Shown one piece after another: positions 42,142 through 49,725 of a stretch of DNA of 58,949 nt (positions are counted from its first letter, which is position 1; every line of letters begins with the position of its first letter). The stretch is from a virus. Position numbers and translations under genes: made by a program. Below the pieces are notes generated by a model that saw only the letters and a list, made by a program, of their open reading frames with translations, was not told where the DNA came from and searched no databases. The stretch is from positions 1 to 58,949 of IMG/VR virus record IMGVR_UViG_3300049049_000112. One strand, given 5' to 3'.

Positions 42142-42591
42142 ATGTCCACGTATATCGTCGCCAACGTTTCCAAGATGTTCGCTGAAACCGATCCACGTCA
42201 AGTGTCAGGATCGCAAGCTGAGTTAGGTTCGCTAGCCGGCAAGATCGCTTGGGCGAACGCTATGGAGATTTCGGAGGATCAGCCACCCGCTTGGCTTGTC
42301 TCCGATGCGCCTGAAGCGCTTGCGGGCATCCGAGAATGGGCGGGCGAGTTCGGCGCATGGGACGATGAAGAGATCGCCGCATGGTCCGCCCAGGAATGTT
42401 TCGCTCTATTCGCTCAGCAGATCGCTCACGAAATGCGCATGCTCGGATCTGACGATTGCGAGGATATCGCGGATCTTGCGGAAGTTTATGATTCGACCGA
42501 TTGGGATAGTGAGTCTGAGTATCCTACCGGATCCTACTATCTCGAGAACGCCGATCTCACTGTCCAGTTTTATACCGGCTGCCTAGACTAG
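42142..42591 (+). CDS. Strongly acidic hypothetical protein (149 aa)
   Basis: About 30 Asp/Glu versus about 5 Lys/Arg by my count; own leader with gcactcacgaaagg. Confidence 0.6.
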   Translation: MSTYIVANVSKMFAETDPRQVSGSQAELGSLAGKIAWANAMEISEDQPPAWLVSDAPEALAGIREWAGEFGAWDDEEIAAWSAQECFALFAQQIAHEMRMLGSDDCEDIADLAEVYDSTDWDSESEYPTGSYYLENADLTVQFYTGCLD

Positions 42592-42628
42592 GCACGGGTC
42601 TTTCTGGGCAAGGCCCATGCCAGCTTTG

Positions 42629-42837
42629 TCAGCAAAACCCATGCCAACCTGCCAAGGGCGCAAGCATGAGTGCATGCACATAGAGACATGCTTGGCACAC
42701 CGCTTGCCTAGTTTACAACCGCTTTACACGACCCGCTTGCTCTACGTTGTCGCACACTTGGCGCACAAACCTCACCTAACTCGGAGCCTTCTTTACAACC
42801 GCTTTACAGCCCTCTTCTCAGCAAAACCCATGCCAAC
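42629..42837. repeat. Interleaved direct repeats: a 20-mer x2 and a 17-mer x2
   Basis: tcagcaaaacccatgccaac at 42629 and 42818 (each followed by aagcatg-n-gtgcatg); tttacaaccgctttaca at 42712 and 42792. Confidence 0.9.
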
Positions 42838-42927
42838 TTGTCAACCCAGAAAGCATGTGTGCATGTAGTGTAGTGCAACGTATGGTCATGACCATATGAC
42901 ACCAATGTCATGCAAGCCCACCTGCAC

Positions 42928-42969
42928 CACGACAACGGAGTCATAGCCCACGACAACGGAGTCATAGCC
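42928..42969. repeat. 21-bp iteron-like tandem pair (cacgacaacggagtcatagcc x2)
   Basis: Perfect tandem, followed by cacacaggtcagagct. Confidence 0.9.
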
Positions 42970-43049
42970 CACACAGGTCAGAGCTGGCACAGACTGGCAC
43001 ACCTTGCCTACCTTGCACACCTCTGCTACACAGCGCACCTTGCCTACAC

Positions 43050-43091
43050 CACGACACAGATGTCATAGCCCACGACAACGGAGTCATAGCC
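43050..43091. repeat. Second 21-bp iteron-like tandem pair (variant copy plus perfect copy)
   Basis: cacgacacagatgtcatagcc then cacgacaacggagtcatagcc, followed by cacaggtcagagct; caccttgcctac x2 (43000, 43036) lies between the two pairs. Confidence 0.9.
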
Positions 43092-43199
43092 CACAGGTCA
43101 GAGCTCTCGCCTACTTGCGCACATGTAAACCGAGACCCACACCGGGGTACCTTGTGTGCAAGGCTCGCTGGGTTGGGCTGCCCCTCGGCCCGCTGGGAA

Positions 43200-43246
43200 A
43201 TATTTTTTGAAAAACGAAGGCCTCGGCTCATATTTTTTGAAAAACG
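43200..43246. repeat. AT-rich 17-mer x2 (atattttttgaaaaacg), 30 bp apart
   Basis: Most AT-rich spot I noticed in this GC-rich genome; each copy is followed by (a/g)ggcctcg. Confidence 0.9.
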
Positions 43247-43699
43247 GGGCCTCGAGCGGCGATTCCAGATTCCGAAAGCCGGAACGTAGCAAACTCGATA
43301 CCCTAGCCAGCGGGCTGAGCTGAAGTTCGTAGTCTCGCTGGGAGGCGCTAGAAGGCCCTGACCGAGGCCAAGACGTCCGCACCTAGCGACCCCCTACGGG
43401 GAATCGATTCTAGACCCCGCCACGGAGCGGGAATCACCATCCTCGCCCTCCCTTGGCGGTGAGGCATGCGGTAGTAGCGCCGTAGTCGCCTTCGGCTTAT
43501 CCCTACACAACGTGGTGCCAGCGGAGGAGGTCGAAAACATCAGGTACTGAAGGAAGAGGGCTGGCTGAATGCAGCGCTGGCTCAGCGATAGTCTTCAGCA
43601 ACCGCCTTCGGCATCTGGTGTGGTGCTCCGTCTATAAGAGAAAGGGCGAAGCCGATACACTAATCACGCGCGCATGCGCTTGCTCTCCGCCCTCCTTTT

Positions 43700-43857
43700 T
43701 CACCGGAGCTGCAAGCTTGCTTAGCAGGCCAGTAGTACGCCGCGCGCATGAATATATGCGCTCCGTCCTCCCATATTCATGCGCAGGTACGCCTGGTCTC
43801 CGTTGTCCCTCATCACCGGAGCTGCAAGCTTGCTTAGCAGGCCAGTAGTACGCCGCG
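43700..43857. repeat. 45-bp perfect direct repeat x2 flanking a 12-bp inverted repeat
   Basis: tcaccggagctgcaagcttgcttagcaggccagtagtacgccgcg at 43700-43744 and 43813-43857; gcgcatgaatat (43744) / atattcatgcgc (43783). Confidence 0.9.
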
Positions 43858-43872
43858 ACGCGTGATATATGG

Positions 43873-43901
43873 TTGACTACGAACGTAGTACCGGGTAGTG
43901 T
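43873..43901 (+). promoter_or_regulatory. Sigma70-like promoter TTGACT-N17-TAGTGT with ACTACGAACGTAGT palindrome
   Basis: Followed by AAGGAG and ATG 43920. Confidence 0.6.
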
Positions 43902-43919
43902 TGCTCAAAAGGAGACTAA

Positions 43920-44348
43920 ATGACCGAAACAACAGGCAAGCCCGCGAAAACTCTCACAATGTCCGACATTGCCCGACTTTTGAACAGGGAGGCCACCTAC
44001 ATCAAGCAGTGGCTACTTGATGCGCAGCTCGTCCGCTACAGGACAGACGGCAAAACCCAACTGAATGCCTACGAACTTACGGATCTAGGAAAAGAAGCAG
44101 GCGCCTTTGTCGTAAAAGGGGTGAAGCACTATACCTACCAACACTATGAAATGATTGTGTTTCCCGAGAGCATTCTCCTGCGCATCGAACCCACGCATGT
44201 ACCCGTAAAGAAACCCACCCGAAAGGACGTTGCCGGTAGGGTCGAGCTGCTCGAGGCGCAGGTCAAGAAGCTGGCAACGGAGCTCGCGGACGCCAACGAC
44301 AGGATCAACCATCTGTTCATGCGGATAAACGAAAAGAAGGTGGGCTAA
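43920..44348 (+). CDS. Putative DNA-binding protein with C-terminal coiled coil (paralog A)
   Basis: 142 aa; aligns by eye with the next gene (DIARLL...GK...LTDLG / RISNRV...GK...PTEEG; PTRKD...LEAQVKKL / PTRDE...LEEKVNKL). Confidence 0.55.
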   Translation: MTETTGKPAKTLTMSDIARLLNREATYIKQWLLDAQLVRYRTDGKTQLNAYELTDLGKEAGAFVVKGVKHYTYQHYEMIVFPESILLRIEPTHVPVKKPTRKDVAGRVELLEAQVKKLATELADANDRINHLFMRINEKKVG

Positions 44349-44666
44349 ATGTTTGTAAGCGTTACCAGAATCAGCAACCGAGTCGGCATGACGCGCGATG
44401 CGGTGAACCCGGCGCTCGAGTCCATCGGGCTCCAAACGAGGCTCGTCGAAGGCAAGCGGACCAAGTGGATTCCGACCGAAGAAGGAGCAAAGCACAGCAA
44501 GATCGTCATCGGTACTGACAAGAAGGGGGAGTACCAGATGGTCGTATGGGACGAGGCTGCGGTAGTTGCGAAGCTTGCCAGCTTTGCCCCTCCTACTCGC
44601 GATGAGTTCAATAGCAAAATCGCAGAGTTAGAAGAGAAGGTGAACAAGCTGATAGCCGAAAGGTAG
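44349..44666 (+). CDS. Putative DNA-binding protein with C-terminal coiled coil (paralog B)
   Basis: 105 aa; ATG immediately after the upstream TAA. Confidence 0.55.
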   Translation: MFVSVTRISNRVGMTRDAVNPALESIGLQTRLVEGKRTKWIPTEEGAKHSKIVIGTDKKGEYQMVVWDEAAVVAKLASFAPPTRDEFNSKIAELEEKVNKLIAER

Positions 44667-44757
44667 CAACGATACTTGCGGGTAGTGCCCTTTTCGCTTG
44701 AAGCCGACTATCTATTCCCGTAATACTCTCTCTACGCAACGAACACAGGAGAGAGTG

Positions 44758-45066
44758 ATGAGAAAAGTACGACTTCAAGCGGTAGTGTCGACCCAGGTAG
44801 CGAACAGGCTCAAGGAAGAGGCGGATAAGAGGGGATCATCAGTCTCTGCAGTCCTCGGATTGGCTGCAGAGGCTTTCCTCGCGCCGAAGAAAGCCCCTCC
44901 GATTCCGCAACGTTACGCCACGGAAAGGGAGGTTTTGGAGCTCAAAGAGAAGCTGAACAGGCTACTGCAGGCAACTCCGAGCCTCGCACTAGAAGAAAGC
45001 CAGCCTACAAACCCGAGAGTCAGCAGCGGCATTTATTCGCGTACGGGAAATACTCGAACGGGCTGA
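44758..45066 (+). CDS. Ribbon-helix-helix (CopG/Arc-like) DNA-binding protein
   Basis: ATG 44758 after aggagagag; VRLQAVVSTQVANRLKEEADKRGSSVSAVLGLAAEAFL is a typical RHH N-terminus. Confidence 0.7.
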   Translation: MRKVRLQAVVSTQVANRLKEEADKRGSSVSAVLGLAAEAFLAPKKAPPIPQRYATEREVLELKEKLNRLLQATPSLALEESQPTNPRVSSGIYSRTGNTRTG

Positions 45067-45107
45067 GGAGCGCCCCTAGGGGCGAGTCAGTTACGTTCCA
45101 GGAAGTA

Positions 45108-45116
45108 GGCTACACT
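45108..45116 (+). promoter_or_regulatory. -10 box GGCTACACT, 5 nt before ATG 45122 (leaderless-type, lacks the TG)
   Basis: ggctacact-attgc-ATG; preceded by the 14-nt palindrome cgcccctaggggcg (45071-45084). Confidence 0.4.
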
Positions 45117-45121
45117 ATTGC

Positions 45122-45592
45122 ATGGCCGCACCTCCCCTCCCGGACAGAGCGAAAAAGACACGAAGCTTCAAGACTACGATCGAGCCTTGGATGACCCCGG
45201 TAGTCGTCAAAGCGATCGAAGCAGGCATGCCCTTGCACCTCGTAGGCGGCCTCGTAGGAGTTACTCGACGTACGCTGACCTCGTGGCGAGACCTGGGCTC
45301 TACAGAGGGCTGCCCGGAGCCGCTACTCGTAGAGTTCGCCCTTGCCGTGGAGGAGGCCCGAGCGAAGGCGTCCATGGCCGGCGTCCAGCTGATGCAGCAA
45401 CATGCCGCTGTGGACTGGCGAGCGGCCAAGACGCTGCTCGAGGCGCAGGACCCAGAAACATGGGGCACGAAGACGAACATGAAGATCGAGGCGACGGTCG
45501 CCCCCGGCCCGGCCCGAGACCTCAGCAAGCTGACCGACTCCGAGCTCCAGCAGCTCGCGATGCTCGAGACGAAGCTTCTGCCGAGTGGCTAA
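45122..45592 (+). CDS. terS: Terminase small subunit
   Basis: 156 aa; HTH-like VGGLVGVTRRTLTSW, then AAVDWRAAKTLLEAQDPETWG typical of small terminases; upstream of terL. Confidence 0.75.
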   Translation: MAAPPLPDRAKKTRSFKTTIEPWMTPVVVKAIEAGMPLHLVGGLVGVTRRTLTSWRDLGSTEGCPEPLLVEFALAVEEARAKASMAGVQLMQQHAAVDWRAAKTLLEAQDPETWGTKTNMKIEATVAPGPARDLSKLTDSELQQLAMLETKLLPSG

Positions 45593-46046
45593 GCCTCTCG
45601 CAAGGCTGCGTCACACGCAGGCCACGAAGGTCAAGATCTCGGATGCCAAGAAAGGCAGGCCGCGCTCCGCCGAGACCAAGGCGAAGATCAGCGCGGCGCG
45701 GACCGGGCAGAAGCACTCACCGGAGACGATCGCCAAGATCACGGCGAAGCGTCGAGCCTTGGCAGCGATGACCGACGAAGAGAAAGCGGAGCTCGCGATA
45801 CAGAAGCTACGAGCGGAGCAGGCGAAAGTTACCGACGCTCGGGTCAATCGCTGGAAACTCGATCTCATGGCCTGCTCCCGTATCGGGAACGCCCAGCTGT
45901 ACCTCGACGTCAAGCAAAGCGGCGGCTGGCGCTCGAAGCGCGTCATGCGCAAGGCGGACCCGAGAGTATCCGAGGGATGGTGTCACAAACAAGGTAAGGT
46001 CTTGTGGCCTACCCAAGAGAAGGCAGTAGAAGATGGCATCGCCTGA
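45585..46046 (+). CDS. NUMOD3-repeat DNA-binding protein without a recognisable nuclease domain
   Basis: Three tandem S/T-x-E-T-x-x-K-I-S/T motifs (TKVKISDAKKG, SAETKAKISAARTG, SPETIAKITAKR); overlaps both terS and terL. Confidence 0.6.
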   Translation: MAKPLARLRHTQATKVKISDAKKGRPRSAETKAKISAARTGQKHSPETIAKITAKRRALAAMTDEEKAELAIQKLRAEQAKVTDARVNRWKLDLMACSRIGNAQLYLDVKQSGGWRSKRVMRKADPRVSEGWCHKQGKVLWPTQEKAVEDGIA

Positions 46047-47523
46047 AGTTGATGTTGAGATGGTCAAGCGGTACGGCTTTTCGGCGTTCGTCAAGCTGGC
46101 GTGGCACGTCATAGAGGAAGAAGAGCTCGTATACGAAAATCACATGGGTGTAGTTTGTGACCACCTGCAAGCAGTCTCCAGAGGGGAAATCAAAAAGCTC
46201 GTCGTAAATGTTCCGCCAGGCACCTCAAAATCACGACTGTGCTCCGTCCTTTTCAATGCATGGGACTGGATCGAGAACCCTTGGAGAAAGTTTCTCTATA
46301 CCTCTTTCGACGAGAAGCTCTCCCACGAGTTCGCTAAGATCACCATGGACCTTATCTCTAGCGAGTGGTTCCAGGCGCGGTGGCCCCACGTTCAGATCAA
46401 AGGAGACCGCCCTGCGGCAGGGTGGTTCCACACCATCGGTGGAGGGCAGAGGGTCAGTACGATGTTCGGAGGCGGCGCTACTGGCCGTCACGCGCACTTT
46501 CTATTCGTAGACGACCCGCATAAACCCCGCGATCTCGACGCAGGAGGAGAGTCGGCCAAGGCGGTTCTCGACGCAGCATGGAAAGTATGGACGGGTACAT
46601 TCCTACGCCGCGTCGCGAACGCAAAAACGTTCGCCTACGTCTGCATCATGCAGCGCCTTCACGAGGAAGACCTTGCGGGTAAGATCCTACGCAACCCGGA
46701 CGTGGTGCACGTCTCGCTTCCGATGAAGTTCGAGCCGGACCACGCCTGCGTAACCAAGTGGGGCAGGGACTGGCGCACCGAAAAGGACGAGCTCCTCTGC
46801 CCGCTCCGCTTCCCAGCCGAGTACGTTCACGACGTCGAGCACAGCGCCGAGGGCATGACGCCCATGGGCTTCGCGGCCCAGATGCAACAAAGACCGACTC
46901 CCGCCGGCGGCGCTCTGTTCAAGACAGAGTACTTCGCTCAGCGCTGGACCAACCTACCGATCGGCGGGCGGTACCTGATGTCGGTCGACGCCTCGCTCAA
47001 GGACCTGAAGGACTCCGACTACTGCGTGATTCAAGTTTGGTACTATCTTCGTAACGAGTACTACCTAGTAGACCAGGTCCGCAAGCGCATGGCGTTCTCG
47101 GCCACAGTCGACGAGGTCAAGCGCATGAAAGAGACCTGGCCCAAGATCGGCCAGGTGCTGATCGAGGACAAGGCCAACGGCACAGCCATCGTCGACGTCC
47201 TGAAGCAGAACATGGCTGGTGTGCTGGCTGTCAATCCAGAGGGCGGCAAGTACAGCCGAGCGTCGGCCGTCGAGCCGTTCATGCGCGCCATGAACTGCTG
47301 GTTCCCGACCCACGCGTCCTGGATGAACCAGCTGATCGAGGAGCACACGACGTTCCCAGTGGGCTCGCACGACGACACCGTGGACGCCCTGTCGCAGGCG
47401 CTGTTGTTCATGAGCGGCAAGAAGAAGGGCCAGCGCCTGAAGAAGGCCATGGCCGCGGTACGAGCGGGGGCGATGGCAGCTCGGCCAAGCAGGACAGCCC
47501 CGAGTCAGTTCTCTTTTTCTTGA
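46033..47523 (+). CDS. terL: Terminase large subunit
   Basis: 496 aa; Walker A-like VNVPPGTSKS, Walker B HFLFVDDP, MQRLHEEDL, nuclease-domain DSDYCVIQVW and GSHDDTVDAL. Confidence 0.9.
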   Translation: MASPEVDVEMVKRYGFSAFVKLAWHVIEEEELVYENHMGVVCDHLQAVSRGEIKKLVVNVPPGTSKSRLCSVLFNAWDWIENPWRKFLYTSFDEKLSHEFAKITMDLISSEWFQARWPHVQIKGDRPAAGWFHTIGGGQRVSTMFGGGATGRHAHFLFVDDPHKPRDLDAGGESAKAVLDAAWKVWTGTFLRRVANAKTFAYVCIMQRLHEEDLAGKILRNPDVVHVSLPMKFEPDHACVTKWGRDWRTEKDELLCPLRFPAEYVHDVEHSAEGMTPMGFAAQMQQRPTPAGGALFKTEYFAQRWTNLPIGGRYLMSVDASLKDLKDSDYCVIQVWYYLRNEYYLVDQVRKRMAFSATVDEVKRMKETWPKIGQVLIEDKANGTAIVDVLKQNMAGVLAVNPEGGKYSRASAVEPFMRAMNCWFPTHASWMNQLIEEHTTFPVGSHDDTVDALSQALLFMSGKKKGQRLKKAMAAVRAGAMAARPSRTAPSQFSFS

Positions 47524-47561
47524 CGCCCTGGAGGACAGCGGGTAGGGTTGCTGGGCGCTCA

Positions 47562-47679
47562 GCACTCAGCACTCAGCAGGGCTTGTCAGATGCACTCGGG
47601 GCACTCCGCACTCCGCCCAGAAGGCGGGGCACTCTGCATTCTGCTCTCAACGCACTCAGCACTCCGGGGATACGCACTC
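47562..47679 (+). repeat. Array of 9 perfect same-strand GCACTC hexamers in 118 bp
   Basis: Starts at 47562, 47569, 47592, 47601, 47608, 47629, 47652, 47659, 47674; the last abuts TTGACG; intergenic between terL and portal. Confidence 0.9.
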
Positions 47680-47714
47680 TTGACGTATCAACCTTGGAAC
47701 TCGGTTGTGTCGCA

Positions 47715-47723
47715 TGGTAGTAT
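47715..47723 (+). promoter_or_regulatory. Extended -10 box TGGTAGTAT, 5 nt before ATG 47729 (leaderless)
   Basis: tggtagtat-gcggc-ATG. Confidence 0.55.
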
Positions 47724-47728
47724 GCGGC

Positions 47729-49255
47729 ATGGCCGAGTCTCCTACTTTCGCGAACAAGATCTCAACTCTCAAAGGGCTCGGTAAGTCCCGCACGGCTCAA
47801 GCAGTCATCGACGCGTTCGCGAACCAGCTCACCGGAGCAGGCACGTCTCGGTCGAAGGTCGCAGCCGGCGAGTACGTCAACGCCCCCCTGTTGACGCCCG
47901 AGGAGCTCGAGGTCCTGTTCGCGGACCACGACCTGGCCTCGATCATCGTCCAGCGCCCAGTCGACGACGCCCTGCGCGACGGCTTCTGCATCGAGAAGGA
48001 GGGAGGCACAGCCGACGAGGACAAGGACAAGGCGAAGGCCCTGAAGGACGCCTTCGATAAGCTCGACGCGGACCCTACGGTCGGCAGCCTCATTCACCGA
48101 GGCGGGGTCATGGGGCGCCTGTTCGGCGGGGGAGGGCTCATCATAGGGGCGGCAGGCGCCGGCTCGCTCGAGAGCCCTCTGGACGACGAGAAGGTCAAGA
48201 AGCTCGAGTTCCTGCACGACTGGGATCGGCAGGACATGGTGGAGAACACCTACCACCTGGACGGGACGGTAGAGACCTACCTCTGGACCCGCCCAGCGCG
48301 GGGCAACAGAAGCTGGCTGCCGGTCAAGGTGCACGCCTCTCGGCTCATTCAGTTCCCCGGCGCGACCACCACGAACCGCAAGCGCAACCAGAACCAGGGG
48401 TGGGACTTGTCGGTCCTGCAGCGCGTTTATGCGACCCTGAAGAGCTTCGACAGCATGTTCTCGAGCACGGACGCCATGTTCGCGGATGCGAGCCAGGCCG
48501 TCTTCAAGCTCCAGGGCCTGATCGATGCGCTCGGCGAGTCAGACGGCTCCGGCGAGAACGACGTCCGCACCCGCCTGCAGCTCATGGACATGATGCGCTC
48601 TTCGGGCAAGGCGATCATGCTCGACGCAGGCGACGAGAACGGAGACGGCGCTGAAGACTTCTCCACCGTCGACAGAGCGACGCTAGGCAGCCTCGACGGC
48701 ACGATGCAGCAGTACTACATCCGCCTGGCCGCCGCCGCAGGTATGCCGCTGACGGTACTCCTCGGCATGAGCCCGGCGGGCATGGACGCCACGGGCGAGT
48801 CGGACATGATTCTGTACTACAACCGAGTAGACATCTACCGGAAGAAGGTACTCGAACCTCGCATTCTGCGCATCGTTCGCATGCTGGCGCGCGAGCTCGG
48901 AGACGAAGACCCCAGCGAGTGGAAGATCTCATGGCCTGAGTTGGCTAGACCCAAACCCCTCGATGTAGCCACAGAGGCCAAGATGAAGGTCGACGCCTGC
49001 GTGGCGCTGGTCACCGCCCAGATTGCGCTCCCGGAGGAGGTCGCGCTGTCTATGAGCAAGATCGCGCCCACTCTGGGGTTGACCTTGGACAAGGAGTCTC
49101 GCCTCACGGCACTGAAGGACGGCCTCAAGGAGATCGCGAACCGGGAGATGACTGGACCGGGGGCGCTGCCGGAAGAGGAGCCGGAGGGAGTAAGCCCTCC
49201 TACGAAGTCCTCAGAGCGAAAGACGCCGTCGAAGGCGGCTCGCAAACAGGTGTAG
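47729..49255 (+). CDS. Portal protein (DUF1073-like)
   Basis: 508 aa after terL; EELEVLFADHDLASIIVQRPVDDALRDGF and overall pattern recalled from the DUF1073 portal family. Confidence 0.8.
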   Translation: MAESPTFANKISTLKGLGKSRTAQAVIDAFANQLTGAGTSRSKVAAGEYVNAPLLTPEELEVLFADHDLASIIVQRPVDDALRDGFCIEKEGGTADEDKDKAKALKDAFDKLDADPTVGSLIHRGGVMGRLFGGGGLIIGAAGAGSLESPLDDEKVKKLEFLHDWDRQDMVENTYHLDGTVETYLWTRPARGNRSWLPVKVHASRLIQFPGATTTNRKRNQNQGWDLSVLQRVYATLKSFDSMFSSTDAMFADASQAVFKLQGLIDALGESDGSGENDVRTRLQLMDMMRSSGKAIMLDAGDENGDGAEDFSTVDRATLGSLDGTMQQYYIRLAAAAGMPLTVLLGMSPAGMDATGESDMILYYNRVDIYRKKVLEPRILRIVRMLARELGDEDPSEWKISWPELARPKPLDVATEAKMKVDACVALVTAQIALPEEVALSMSKIAPTLGLTLDKESRLTALKDGLKEIANREMTGPGALPEEEPEGVSPPTKSSERKTPSKAARKQV

Positions 49256-49260
49256 GGCTA

Positions 49261-49503
49261 CTACTTTCTCCACCCGTTCGGGTCTTCTCTGTAGGAAGGG
49301 CCCTTCAGCTGCTGAGAGCCCTCGTGAGAGTAAACAATGACGTGTCCCTCCCCGCGTTTCGGGCGCTCCTTGAGCACATTCCAAGGGCGGCGTGTGTGGC
49401 AGCGCAAGCACGGACCAGGGGCAGCCTCGAGGGCACGTAGCCAAATCTTCACCGAAAGGCATCGCGGGCACGCAAGGATTGTCTCTTCTGCCGGGTTACT
49501 CAT
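49261..49503 (-). CDS. Reverse-strand zinc-ribbon protein (80 aa), moron in the head module
   Basis: GGAGGT SD 5 nt before ATG 49503; CPRC...CLRC. Confidence 0.6.
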   Translation of the reverse strand: MSNPAEETILACPRCLSVKIWLRALEAAPGPCLRCHTRRPWNVLKERPKRGEGHVIVYSHEGSQQLKGPSYREDPNGWRK

Positions 49504-49536
49504 CTCTACCTCCACTGCGGAGGGTACTCCTTATCC

Positions 49537-49545
49537 TGCTACGAT
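49537..49545 (+). promoter_or_regulatory. Extended -10 box TGCTACGAT, 7 nt before ATG 49553 (leaderless)
   Basis: tgctacgat-gtaaagt-ATG. Confidence 0.45.
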
Positions 49546-49552
49546 GTAAAGT

Positions 49553-49717
49553 ATGATCATCAGAGTAGCTCCGCACTACCCAGTCCTCACGTGGAGCGTC
49601 GGGACCCACGGCTTCCAGTTCATGCACCTACTGAAGCCACGCCTGCCCGAGCTGGTAGTAGCTCTTGAGCGCTTTGTGATTGACAGGGGCCCCAGCAAAA
49701 GAGCATTCTGTTGCTAG
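49553..49717 (+). CDS. Small hypothetical protein (54 aa)
   Basis: MIIRVAPHYPVLTWSVGTHGFQF...; leaderless-type start; below the track cut-off. Confidence 0.35.
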   Translation: MIIRVAPHYPVLTWSVGTHGFQFMHLLKPRLPELVVALERFVIDRGPSKRAFCC

Positions 49718-49725
49718 AGGGGAAC

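Noticed and set aside
42617-43848. ORFs 42617..42868, 42962..43231 (-), 43004..43210, 43098..43382 (-) and 43618..43848 in the 1.3-kb repeat module.
   Set aside because: Each is built from direct DNA repeats (for example SAKPMPTCQ twice). They overlap one another on both strands and lack SD or promoter-box starts, so I treat the region as non-coding.
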